From Chrysomallon squamiferum (taxonomy: Eukaryota; Animalia; Mollusca): a DNA stretch of 64,000 bases. A model generated the notes under the pieces. It worked only from the letters and a program-made list of their open reading frames with translations. It was not told the origin of the DNA and searched no databases. The stretch is from NCBI GenBank assembly GCA_012295275.1, contig CM022677.1, positions 13,268,001-13,332,000 on the forward strand. The letters are read 5' to 3'. Shown here piece after piece: positions 27,111-40,232 of this stretch; positions within the stretch are counted from its first letter, which is position 1, and every line of letters begins with the position of its first letter. A program made the position numbers and the translations under genes.

Positions 27111-27803
27111 TTAAGAAATATTTGGTTATCAGTTTATATATTTAAATGCTTTACAAAATACTCAGGCCTGTTTTATTTAAATTTAAGATTGAATCTGATG
27201 GTGTCTTTAGTCTTTGTTTATACCACCAAGGGACACAACTCTGAGTTATGGTGGAAACTCATTAGGTAATAAATAATTTTTGTATTTTTCAGAAATAATT
27301 AGTTTTTAATTCAAAATATTGAAACAGAAGCGTGCATATTGTTTGAGATTTATTCTGTTTAATTTTATTACTATACCTACACAGGAGGAAAAATAACACA
27401 TCTGAATAGCATGTTGTAAATACAATAGTTTTCAGTTCTTTATTATTTGTAACAGAGATGTAATTAGCAACAAAAACATCAACAGCAATGTGTAACATGG
27501 TGGTGACAGTAGCAGCTATGAAGATTTTCCTTACTACTACTATCACTACTACTACTGCTTGAATATTCCAGGATCCAGTTATTTGATCAAACAGTAGAAT
27601 AGCATGGATACTGATGTCTGATTCAAGGCTATAGATTACTTCAACAGAGTGGAGGTATTCCATTTAAATCAATTAGTGTTTGATTAATTCTATATAAATG
27701 TCATTTGTTTTACCTACTACTCCCAATTAGTGTTTGATTAATTATATATAAATGTCATTTGGTTTACCTACTACTCACAATCTGTCAGCTTATCTTGCTC
27801 TTT

Positions 27804-27852
<49 letters not shown>

Positions 27853-29799
27853 ATCTGCCTAGTGTATTAACTATATATCTATTTACCAGTGTATGTCTAC
27901 AATAATCTGTCTGTCTGTCTGTCTGTTGGTCTACATCATCAACCCAGCTATCTACCCAATATCTGCCAGTCTCTAAATACTTTTACTTCCTAAATAAATA
28001 TATCTATGTACAGCTGTATTCTTTTGTTTTATATTTGTTTGTCTTTCTAACATGCTGTCTGTCTTTATGTCACTATCTATATGTATGTGTGTCTAAACAT
28101 ATAATCTGTAAATATCTTTTTGGCAATTTTTTCTGTAAATATTTCTACCAAATGTAACATTGTTCTTTAACACTAACAATGATTATTATGAATAATTAAG
28201 AAAAATGTGTTTGTATCTATACCACATGCTGTCATATGTCAATTCTTTTTGTGAAATGGACAGGAATTAATGCTTATTTTTAAATAACTGTGATATTTTT
28301 GACAGCCATTGTTTTTACAAACTATACGAATGAATGAATGTTTTAGGACATCCCAGCATTAAAAATATGTCAGCTGCTGGGTGACAAAGAAAGGTAAATC
28401 TAACAATACAAACTATACAAATCAATACCTAATTACATTAATATTAAATATTGAAATATTTTTCTCAGACAAGAAGTGGAGAAGAGGATGAAGATTCAGT
28501 TCATCATGAACTAATTTTCTAGAACACAGAGATATTGTTAATAATATATCCAGTTTTTCTCTGATTATAGTTTTCTATGCCTTTCAGTATTTTCTGATGT
28601 AGATAATGTCAATTCCACTTCATAGAAAATGATTTCAAAAATTTCTGTACAAACTTTTCTGATACAAAGAATGATAACTTAACATATCTAATACAGAGAA
28701 GTGATGCAGAAAATGATGGTTATCATCCACTTCATCTGATGATAGTTACAGTTATTGCTACTCTCTCCAGTATTCTGATGTAGAAATTAACAATTTTTAC
28801 CATCTTGTCGTATGATTTTTTTTAATTCAGCATTTTCTGATACACAGAATAACATGATAAAATATGCTGTTAATTCACACATCTTGTAATGTTTGTATAT
28901 GTGTTATTTTCAGTGTTCGTTTTGTGTCTTGTATGTGTTTGTACTTTAGTGCATGCATTTATGTGCCTGCATATATCTGCATAAATTATAAAAATAAGTA
29001 AATAAGTGACAACTGTAGTTAAATTATATTTTCTTTTTACATTGTTTTTGTTATTTGTTTATAATGCACTTGTAATTTGACAGTATCAGTATAATGTTTC
29101 CTATAGGCATTTTTAATTCATTAATTGTTATATTTGTTACAATTTTGCTGTTGAATTTGATTTTTTAATTCACTGTAACTGTTTCTTGGCAAATAAAAAA
29201 GAAATGAAATTGTTTTCAGGGTGTTTATTATTATTGATTTTGTTTTTAATTTGGGTGGGAAATTGTATTTGCTTTCTTTCATTATTTCATATGGTTTAAC
29301 AATCTAAAATTAATTTGCAGAAGTTTTATCAAAGGAGAGTTATTTCCCTTATGTTATGAAAATTTATTATCCATGGTCAGTTGCTCATAATAATAATAAT
29401 AATAATAATTACTTACATTGATTATAACAAACTAACAAACAAATGAATAATAAAATATTATGAGACAAGTTAAATTAGTTTTTATTTGATTTATTCTTCA
29501 TTAAGTGATGCTGAAGATGCATAAAACATAAGAAATATGGAAATGGAGGTCGTACCCACGACACTCCCCGATTTTCTAGTTTCACTGTGAATCATATTTC
29601 TGAACTAGAACTAACTCGCAATAACATTTTAGAAAAGTCATGTTTAGTAATTTAGTCTCAAATTATCAGAAGCACAATTTAAAATCAACGAAAATAACTT
29701 AATATTAGATTAATTACATTAATAACTCTCAAGATAATTTGTTAATATTAATACTGCTCCATATTTTTAATTATGCTTTCCGGTTCAATAAAATAGATC

Positions 29800-30710
29800 T
29801 GCATAACTGTGAGCTATAAGAAAAGGAAAATTATTAAAAAAATCTAAATATTTACATAGTGTAGGTATTCCTTTTTGAGTCACCTAATACAATATAGCAA
29901 CACTGTCTTACGTTGTTTTGTTATTTTATTATGCGGGCAATATCTTACTGGCATAAACTTAATAAAATAAACTTTTTTCTCTGTTATTAATAAATCAAAG
30001 AAAATTACCGATATGCTGTTTCAAATTATTGGCAGAAACCTTTGTGAGATTGTGATGAAATACGCTGATATATTCTGAACAATAAAAAATGTTTTGATGT
30101 AAAGGTCTCTCGATAATAAATGTATCCCTTATAAACACTAGTGGTGTCGGTATCAGAAGCTTTTTACAGGAAAACGTGATAATTAATTAAAAGTTGATAT
30201 ATAAATTTAATTCTACTTGGGGATCTGTGAGTGCAACTCAAAACAATTGAAAACAAAATGTTTTGTTGCTTTTTTTCTAATTTTTTACCGAAACTGCCGC
30301 ATAATATTATGCTTGCTGAAGGACGAAGTTAGTTTAATTTTTACATCTTCGTCTCAGAATTTTTTTTATTCATGGTAGAGTTTTTGATAGTGTAAAACTA
30401 ATGACGTAATCGAGACCTGTTTTCGACTCGCATGTCACTTTACGTCTGCTACAAAAGCTGACGGTATGATAAGAACTATTCGTTTATTAATGATATTAGG
30501 CGTAACTAAAAACAGATGAAGAAACACGACAGAACGCTCAGTAATTGAAATAAATTCTAATGTTGATATCAATTTTCGTTTTCATAAATAAGCTTATTAT
30601 TATTTTTCTTTAGCACTGCATCATTTAATGATTTTTAATTTTTATTTAGTTATTTATCGCCAGTAATTTGTTTTTTCAATCCACACAGCACAAAACAGAA
30701 CTGTTTTTCT
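29800..30710 (+). repeat. Module C: dispersed repeat with an inverted, partly deleted copy at 59350-59720
   Basis: AATCTAAATATTTACATAGTG...AATACAATATAGCAACACTG (29840-29905) matches 59605-59670 reversed. TCAATTTTCGTTTTCATAAA, CTTTAGCACTG and CACAGCACAAAA match 59355-59505 reversed. Confidence 0.75.
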
Positions 30711-30718
30711 ATTATTGA

Positions 30719-31398
30719 CTGAGCGTGCCATGCTATATCAAACTATATTATTATATATCTAATTTACACTACTTTTACAATGAAAAGAAAACAATACTTT
30801 TTGTTCTTTTTTTATTAAGATTTTCCATAAAAGAGTAAATGAGAGAGAAACAGGTTTGTTGAATGAGAATATTAAAATAATAATAAATATATTATATTTG
30901 CATTTTTACGAACAACAGTAAAAATGCAAATGTATTAAATTTTTGCTGTAAAATGATAAGTTTATAAAATATGAATAATAAATAAGAAAATTAACTCATT
31001 TTTCATTATCAACAATGGAATATATATCCATTTCAAAAATCCAGTTTCTTTCACAATAAACAGCAACATCTTATGACGTACAATGAACATTAAAAATCAA
31101 GAGAGAGAGAGAGAGAGTTTGGTACAGATACAAATAAACTAGAGAGAGACTGGTACAGTCTCTAGAGAGACTGACATAGTATAGAAATATTTATAAATAG
31201 ATGAATAATAGACTCATAGAAAAGAACAAAGATAAATAGAAAGCCAACGAGGAACGTAAACAGAGAGCCAGAGGAACAGAGAGCGAGAGAGAGTTTAGGT
31301 ACATGCACGGAAATAGAATTATGTATTGATAGAAAATGCGACAAGTAGGTATATTAGATATAATAATAATATATTTTGATATAGCATGGCACGCTCAG
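30719..31398. repeat. ~45-bp inverted repeat pair enclosing ~590 bp
   Basis: CTGAGCGTGCCATGCTATATCAAAA...ATATCTAAT at 30719-30764 and its near reverse complement at 31353-31398. Confidence 0.8.
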
Positions 31399-31770
31399 AA
31401 AATAAGTAGACAAATAACCTTAGGAACAATGCCGGTACGACGGCAACGACTGTGACATTAATAGAAATTACAATAATATATTTTAGAAGGCGATACGCCA
31501 GCTCAGAAAGTACGAGGAATAGTTAATAAAAAGCGCTAAAGAATAATGAGAAATACTCCAAGAAAGCTAGGAACAACGCCGTTACGACGGCAACGATGGT
31601 GATATGAATAGAAATAGTAATAATACATTTTTCTAAAGGTTTTGATCGCTAAAGGATTAATAGTTAATAAAAAACAAAAAATAATGGTAAGTACACCTAA
31701 AACATTAGGAACAACCCCTTCACGACTGCAATGACGGCAACATCAAAAAAGATAATAATAATATATGCTG
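31385..31770 (+). repeat. ~130-150-bp tandem satellite, copy 2
   Basis: TAGGAACAA(T/C)GCCG.TACGACGGCAACGA units at ~31421 and ~31568, with a degenerate third at ~31706. Homologous to 4090-4430. Confidence 0.8.
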
Positions 31771-32853
31771 ATGAGGAATAGACTTTATAAGATAAAACTG
31801 AGATTAGTAAAATTTGTATTAGTAGTACGTCTGCTTACTTTATAACCTTCTCACAAAATGTTAGCAAAGCAAAACGGTTTATCTTTCAATTGCTAGCAGC
31901 AGAGCTACGTGTGTTTGTTTATTTGTGATAATGATGCCTAATAGCACCAGCAAAGTGTATGTGGCAGTTACGTAATATTTTATTACATTTATTATAGAAT
32001 TCAGAGATAGAGGAGGGCAATATTATTTTTCTTTAAAAATTGAGAAATATAAATAAATGTGCTTTTTTAAAATGTAAAAATTACACAGAAAAATATTTCA
32101 AGGTGTCAGAAAATGGGGATATTTTATAATAAAATATATGAACGTGATATTTTGATAGGAATTTTACTAGAGAAAACCTGAATAGTAAGAAATGTAGAGT
32201 GTACACAAGAATCTTGCTATATCGCAGTTCATTGCAGTTCTTGCTATATCGTTTATTGTCTTATATCGCAGTTCATTGTCAGCATGGTCCAGTATGCTTC
32301 GGTAGTTATAAAGATTTGTTCGGTATCATTCGTCATTTTCCGGCTACGAACGCAGTCGCATGTGATATGTAAAATTATTATTATGATACAGCTGAATGAC
32401 AAAATTAGTATATTTTTATATTGTTTTTGCCTCGGAAAATGTTTATAAAGGGTAGTCATTTATTGATTTATTTATTTATTGAAACTACTGTCGTAATCGT
32501 GACCTGTCTTCAACTCGTACCAGACCGTTTTACTCTTAAACGATGAACGATAAAAGAAAGAATAACGTTGTATAACAATAAATGTTCGCTTATTAATAAT
32601 ATTATTATTTATCTCCAAAACAGACATCATAGAAAGAAATCCTACTTTCAGGAACTAGGGCCATGGTGTAAGATTCTAATCTTATGTAATGTAAATAATT
32701 TTCAGTTTTACAAACAATGGAAGTTTACTAAACATTTCTTTCGTTTTGTTTACAGTAAAGCTGGAGAAGTAAATATAATAATCCTACATCCCAGTTTGGA
32801 AATGTGTTACGGTTTTGTTTTGTTATCTTATAAATGGATTTAAAATCACCACG

Positions 32854-32915
<62 letters not shown>

Positions 32916-33105
32916 TAAATATATTTTATTTAATTTTAATTTTATTTTAATTTTTTCATTTAACAGTGAAAACAAATTATTTAAATAAAATATATATTTT
33001 GATGGATGTAGATAACTTTTAAAAATGTTAATTAAATTAATAAATGAATAAACTATAATTATATACTTTGAAAAATGAAAGTTACTAGTGTAATAATATC
33101 TCCCA

Positions 33106-33215
33106 TGCACATGCGCAGTCTATTAAGATTTACGTCAGCGGATTTAAATTCGGGTATAAATAAAACATCCAACGGTTTTACGTCAGTTGACATGCGAATG
33201 CCAATACTAGTAGGT
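33106..33215 (+). promoter_or_regulatory. TATA + Inr core promoter with a short first exon, probably serving the RING gene
   Basis: TATAAATA at 33155 lies exactly 30 nt before the A of TCAGTT (33185). GCACATGCGCA (NRF1-like) and two TTACGTCA half-CRE sites are nearby. Donor GTAGGT at 33210; acceptor TTGCAG ends at 35420, 13 nt before the ATG. Confidence 0.55.
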
Positions 33216-33453
33216 CACATTCTTTTTTTTTTTTTTTTTTAAATTTATTATTAGACCAAAGTGATTTATTTTTTTAAATTTATTATAATCAGTAATAGCA
33301 GTTAACTGTATATTTAGTTAATAAATTTAGTTATTAAAATATTATTATCATTATAAATAATTATTCTTCTATAAGAAGAGCAATTACGAAATGAATTCGA
33401 ATAAAATCATATCTTAACTTTCTTATTATTTTTTTTTATTTTATTTATTTATT

Positions 33454-33457
<4 letters not shown>

Positions 33458-33525
<68 letters not shown>
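33458..33525. repeat. (ATT)n microsatellite, representative of many in the window
   Basis: Other pure tracts include (CA)n ~6552-6602, (TG)n ~23834-23878, (CT)n(GT)n ~33990-34092, (CTAT)n ~38483-38545, (AAT)n ~44869-44934 and (AG)n ~49764-49817. Confidence 0.95.
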
Positions 33526-33985
33526 GTTATTTTAATTTCAAACAAAAATAACTGTGGGGGTTTTAATTTCCGGAAGTTTATATAAAATCTAACTAAAAAG
33601 TACGCTAAATAACGGAGACTCGCGAAATTTGCCGAGTACTGCCGGAAAATACAAACACATTTACTGGGCGAGACCATTTTGGTAAAGGTTTTCTTTACTG
33701 ATGAAGAAGAAATCAAATAATTCTGAAGACATTATTTTAAAACGGAATTAGGAAATTCCATCATGAAATAAAAAAAAAAAAAAAAAAATGAAAAACTATA
33801 ATAATATTATAAAAAAAAAATAAATATGTGATTAAATGAAACAAAATAAACAAAAATAAACTGACAAATAAACACAATAAAATAAAGTAAAGAAAAAGAG
33901 GAAAAAAGACAAATTACAAAATAAGCTGATTATTAAAATAGATTTTTGCATTTCTCTATGTATCTGAGTGTATTACCTCTTAATC

Positions 33986-34095
<110 letters not shown>

Positions 34096-34582
34096 CGTGC
34101 TCTCAACATGACTATAACCACTGCTTATCAGATTTGTCACATCTGCCTGCCTACCTGTCTTATTATTTTTATTTTATATTTATCTACCTATCCACAAATA
34201 TCAATTTAATGTAAACTCTAGTAATTTATCAGCCGTCATCATACCTACCACTCTAAATACCAACGTACCAATATTCCCTTACAAACATACAATCGGCTAT
34301 GAATTGCAAATCTGTCTATATATCTATCTAAATAATTTCTCCCTGTCAGTCTGTCTGTCTGTAGGTATTCTAAAGTGCCCCATTTTTTTTTGGTCTGCCC
34401 CACTGTTTTAACTTATTTCTACTGATGTTTGTATCTTTATCGTTATGTTTATTTCACGAATGTTACAAAAATAATGACAATATCAGAAGTATCTTTGATT
34501 ATGTTTCTGCAAGTGTGTATCGGTTATAAATAATAATAAAATAATTATATTTATAATAGAATGAAGTTATGAATTTTCAAAG

Positions 34583-34619
<37 letters not shown>

Positions 34620-35433
34620 TCAAATGAATGATTTTGCCAACTTTATATGTAAATAAATGTTAGCAGAGCTTGGAAGACACAGTTGACATATTATTAAACG
34701 AGCCTATAAAACGTTTTCTTCAAAATGGCAATATTAAAAAATCCAAAACTTTGGAACAATTTGACTGACAATTTCAAATATTTTGTTTCTGAAATCAGGA
34801 TAAAAAGTTACTCAACCTTGTATTTCCTAAACTGAAAATCACTTTTCAGTACCTAACAACTCATCCAACAACAAAAAGCAACAAGAACAATAATATAGAT
34901 AAAGAAAAAGTAACACTGATAATAACAATACTTGAAATATAAATATAAGTTTTAAAATCTATGACACAATAAAAACCCCCAAAACTTAAAAATATATAAA
35001 TAAAATAATAAATTTCATGATATGAAATCACATCACATATAAACCTTAAATATGTGTGTGTGTGTGTGTGTTTGATAATAGATTTTAATTTATTTTGAAT
35101 GTATTTTTAAAATCACCATCCACAAACAATTTAAACCCTGTACATCTGTCATTTTAGACGCGAAACTCACATTATGTAATAAATTCATGCAAAGTTCCAA
35201 GCTATATGTTCATTATGTGAACATTAGCCCTGGTTGTAAAATCCTTGTGCAAAGATTAACGTTAGTAAAACAAACAGATAAAACGTACAAGTGAAAAAAA
35301 AAAATGTACTGCCATTAAAAAATAAAATAAAAATAGAAATAGTTCTAACAACAGAAATAAAATTTAATATATATTTTTGGATTATATATAATTTTGTTTT
35401 CTCCTACAATGTTATTGCAGTTATCAATACGAA

Positions 35434-36457
35434 ATGGGAAAAGTAAGAGCGTCCAAGAAACGGAAAGCACAGGATGATGAGTGCCCTGAAAAGCCTCCAA
35501 AAGGGCGAAAGATTTCCGAACGTGACCCTGGAGCAACATCACGTAGAGGACCAGGGACATCAACATCTAGGAAACGGAAAGCACAGGATGATGGGTGCCC
35601 TGAAGAAGCCTCCAAAAGGGCGAAAGATTTCCGAACGTGACCCTGGAGAAACATCACGTAGAGGACCAGGGACATCAACATCTAGGAAACGGAAAGCACA
35701 GGATGATGGGTGCCCGAAGAAGCCTCCAAATGGGCGAAAGATTTCCGAACGTGACCCTGGAGAAACATCACGTAGAGGACCAGGGACATCAACATCTAGG
35801 AAACGGAAAGCACAGGATGATGGGTGCCCGAAGAAGCCTCCAAAAGGGCGAAAGATTTCCGAACGTGACCCTGGAGAAACATCACGTAGAGGACCAGGGA
35901 CATCAACATCACGGAAACGGAAAGCACAGGATGATGGGTGCCCAGAGAAGCCTCCAAAAGGGCGAAAGATTTCCGAACGTGACCCTGTAAAAGCAGCATG
36001 TGAAGAAAGACCAGGGATGTCAACATCACCATCACCCAGCACTGCTGAATCAACACAACAGCCTGAATCAGATAAGTCACCTACTTGTTCTTTGTGTTCA
36101 GAAGCATTTTTAGATAAGTGTCATGCAGACTCGTGTTTACATGAATTTTGTTTCAGCTGTTTGGAGAGGTGGTCTAGAAGCAGAAGAAATTGTCCAGTTT
36201 GCTCTGCAAGATTCACCGCCATCGTGTACAACTTAAGAGATGGAAACTGCGAGATGTACACATTGCCACCTCTCAGAGTCAAAAGAGTCAGAAGAGTCAG
36301 ACGACATTCTGCAGCTGGATTCATCAGACGTATATTTGCGTATATCGGTCGTATATTTACGTATTTTAGTCGTATATTTAGTTCTCTGTTGTGGAAAATC
36401 TTATTTGTTCTAATTGAATTTTGTCTTCTGATAGGTCGTTTACTAGGATTTGTGTAA
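35434..36457 (+). CDS. RING-HC E3 ligase-like protein (Topors/ICP0-type RING) with five basic 38-aa repeats and a hydrophobic C-terminus; one +1 frameshift at ~35601
   Basis: ORF 35434-35640 and ORF 35474-36457 join across an extra base in repeat 2. The RING at 36086-36202 reads CSLCSEAFLDKCHADSCLHEFCFSCLERWSRSRRNCPVC followed by F..I.Y...EMY.L, as in Topors-family RINGs. Tail LLWKILFVLIEFCLLIGRLLGFV. Confidence 0.75.
35455..35986 (+). repeat. Coding tandem repeat, 114 bp x ~4.7
   Basis: CGGAAAGCACAGG at 35461, 35575, 35690, 35804 and 35918 (spacings 114, 115, 114, 114). Unit RKRKAQDDGCPKKPPKGRKISERDPGETSRRGPGTSTS. Confidence 0.95.
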
Positions 36458-37028
36458 TATTAGAAACCTTACAACGTTACTCTAGGTGTATTGCTTTAAC
36501 TTCAGCTGGCATCCTTCTGTCATTTTTTATTTTATGATGATGATAGTAACAGTAATAGATACAGACATTTATTTGTAAAATATTTATTTGAAGTTGGTAA
36601 TATCTGCAGTGATAATAACATTCTGTCCCTTTTGCCCCAGCATATCAGTGCTATAGGAGATTGTGTTGATGATGTTGACGTGAAGCTGGTTATGCTCCTT
36701 GCAGCTCTATAACCCTTGAGAGGTGGGCTCAGGTTTGTATTGTTTTTTAATTAATAAGTACTAACATGCAACCAAAATACTAACAATTAACATGAATACT
36801 AACCATTAACCAGGTAGTAAACGTTATATAGAGACATACACATACATCCATACAGACACATACGAATATCCATACAGACAGAACACACACAGAACTACAC
36901 TAACATATATACAAACATATATACACTCACACACAGAAACATATTAACATTTAACAAATACTAACCTTAACCAATTAGTTACAATTACTAATAATTACCA
37001 CATACTTATCTGAATACGTGTATAAACA

Positions 37029-37060
<32 letters not shown>

Positions 37061-37084
37061 TTCACATACACATATTATTTTATA

Positions 37085-37517
37085 ATTAAAACAAATTCTA
37101 ACCATTAACCAAATACTAAAATTTAACAAATACTAACCATTAACAAAATAGTAACCATTAACCAAATACTAATGTTTAACAAAATAAATTAACAAATAAC
37201 CATTAAGAAAATATTAACAATTAACCAAATACTAACATTTAACAAATACTAACCATTAACCAAATACTAAATTAACCAAATACTAACATTTAACAAATAC
37301 TAACATTTAACAAATACTAACCATTTAAACAAATACTAACCATTAACAAATACTAACCATTAACCAAATACTAAATTTTTAACAAATACTAACCATTAAC
37401 AAAAATACTAACATTTAACAAATACTAACCATTAACAAAACTAACTTTTAACAAAATACTAACCATTAACAAATACTAACATTAACATTTAACAAATACT
37501 AACCAAATTACTAACAT
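37085..37517. repeat. 17-18-bp minisatellite
   Basis: AACCATTAAC(C)AAATACT / AACATTTAACAAATACT repeated more than 20 times, with scattered copies from ~36760. Confidence 0.9.
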
Positions 37518-37760
37518 CCCCTACGTGTACTGAACCTCACCGTGGTGTAGGGGTGGCAACATTTCCAAAGGGAATGGCTAATTAGTACATTAATATAATA
37601 ACATTTAATTGGTTAGAGAGATAGACAGATTGTTAGATTATGATAAATAGATTTACCTACATAGGGTATTGCTATTTTTTCTAATTTTGAATACAGTGCT
37701 ATTGCTTTGAAAGCCCTTTCTATATACAGACAGACAGACAGACCAACAGAGTATAGACAG

Positions 37761-38481
37761 AAGTGTATGTACTTAAGAATAAGTTATGACATATAAATAT
37801 TTCACTCTGGCTTTCTTACTCTCTGTGTCACTCCCCAGATTACTCTAATTAGATGGATTATTTCATTTTACCAGATATTAATTGATAATTAAGTATGACA
37901 GGTTCTGTAATTAATGTGCTCTTTAACACAAACTGTTACAGACATCTTTTTATCTTATCATATTTACTTCTTATCAATAGATGAATGACTATGTTTTCAG
38001 TGTAGATTTCCAGATTAATGTTCTCTTCATAAACAATACCAGAAATCTCTAGTCTCTCATTAACAATTTATTGGTACCTCCAGTCATGCCTCCCTCCTAA
38101 CTCCATATATTCCTCATTTTATATTCCACAGTTTATATATTACGCCAAATTCCATTGATATATCACTCAATCCATGGGCCTACAATGAGGACCTTATTTG
38201 TTAACAATTGATAATGTCTGAAAAGTAATTGCTTGTATAACTGAAAACCTTTCTGTCCACCATTCCATCCTTTTATCCATTTATTACTTTCCCAATTCTT
38301 CATTGCACCAAAACTTTCATCCATCCCCCCATCTAACACTCCATCCATCCTTACTTACCTGCATGTGTCTAGCTATCTATCTGTCTGTCTATATATTTGT
38401 TTCATTTCATCATCAATTTCTCTGACTATTTGTCTATCTATCTGTCTGTTTGTTGGTCGCACCTGCTCACCGCTTTCTCTG

Positions 38482-38576
<95 letters not shown>

Positions 38577-38650
38577 AGAGTGACAGAGAGAGTAAGAAAG
38601 CCAGAGGGAAATATTTATATGTCATAACTTATTCTTAAGCACGTACACTT
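37761..38650. repeat. 76-bp inverted repeat pair enclosing ~740 bp
   Basis: 37761-37836 is the reverse complement of 38575-38650 with 5 mismatches by manual alignment. Confidence 0.85.
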
Positions 38651-38870
38651 TTTTTTCATACACATTTATATACCCGTTCTCTGTAAAACATACAGATACA
38701 CATCAATGTATCTATGTTATCTGTGTATATCTGTCTATATATGTACCTAATTATTGCCTACCTAACCTATCAATATATCTCTCAAGTGATCAATATCTCA
38801 AACTATCTCTATATCAATCTATCTCACTTTCTTAGTTAAACATAGCACTGTCTTTCGTGCACACATACAA

Positions 38871-38901
<31 letters not shown>

Positions 38902-38959
38902 TACATATACACACTCCCTATTTACATCCTTTTTAATTGTTTAAATACACTCTTTCTAT

Positions 38960-39181
38960 CTATTTATCTATCTATAAATATATTTATTTATCTATGTATT
39001 TATACCATATACATAAGCAACAGACTCAGTCTTTCCTACAGTTGTGTAGGTATAAACTCAAGCCTCCTTTCATCTATCTATCTTTCTAGTAATCTATCTA
39101 GCTTTCTTCTGTCTATCAATTTACCTGTCTGTTATCATCTACCATCTGTCCACTCTTTTATATACATTATACAATCAACTA

Positions 39182-39228
<47 letters not shown>

Positions 39229-39724
39229 GGTAATATATATATATATATATATATGCATGTGTGTTTGTATATTATACACACACACACACACAAACCCATT
39301 CCTTAACACACATATCTATCTATATATCTATCAGTCTGTCTAAATATCAATCTACCAAACTAGTAACATACATACCTATTATGTTATCTCTCTAGCTTAT
39401 ATGCCTATTTTTTAAAAACAATCTATCAAACATATGTCCAGCTCCCTGAATATCTAACTATATATTACTTCAAAGCTCGCTATCTTGCTGTATATCTGTA
39501 TAACCTATCTGTATTTATCTCTGGATATCTACCTATAATCTATCTGTATTTACCTCTGTATATTTATCTAAATGACCTACCTGTATTTATTTCTCTATAT
39601 CTGTCTCTATAATCTATCAGTATTTATATTGTATAAGCTACTTATAATCTATCAGTTCATCACTAACTCAATCCAAACACAGATCCTCTCCTCTATGTTT
39701 GTCTGCATGTGTTTGAGTCTGGGG

Positions 39725-39785
<61 letters not shown>

Positions 39786-40183
39786 TCTCTATCTTAACGC
39801 TATTTCTAACATAATCATTTTCTTACACATATACATCCTCAAATCTACTGCCATCCACTTTACCATTATATAACCTATCTTGCTTGACACCTATCCTTCT
39901 ATCTATCTTTCTGTCTATCTATTGAACCTACGCACCTGCCTATCTGTTTAGCTATCTATATATCTCTCTGTCTATCCTCAAAATATATATATATAATTTA
40001 GTATTTATTATATATATATATATCCATCTACATTACATTCCATCAATAACCATCCATAAATCACCTATTCATCTTCCTAACTATCTCCCTAAATAATTAT
40101 AACTACTTTCTATATCTATCTTTCTGTGATACTGTCCATTTATAACTCTCATTCACAATTCCCATATTTAGCTATGCTTATCA

Positions 40184-40232
<49 letters not shown>

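Noticed and set aside
36086-36202. Endogenous herpesvirus ICP0 gene
   Set aside because: The RING type is shared with cellular Topors, and no other viral genes are visible in the window.
35345-36324. Antisense and alternate-frame ORFs over the RING gene
   Set aside because: They are by-products of a GC-rich 114-bp repeat with few stops, and have no independent support.
37085-37517. Interstitial telomeric repeat
   Set aside because: The unit is 17-18 bp and lacks tandem CCTAA or CCCTAA.
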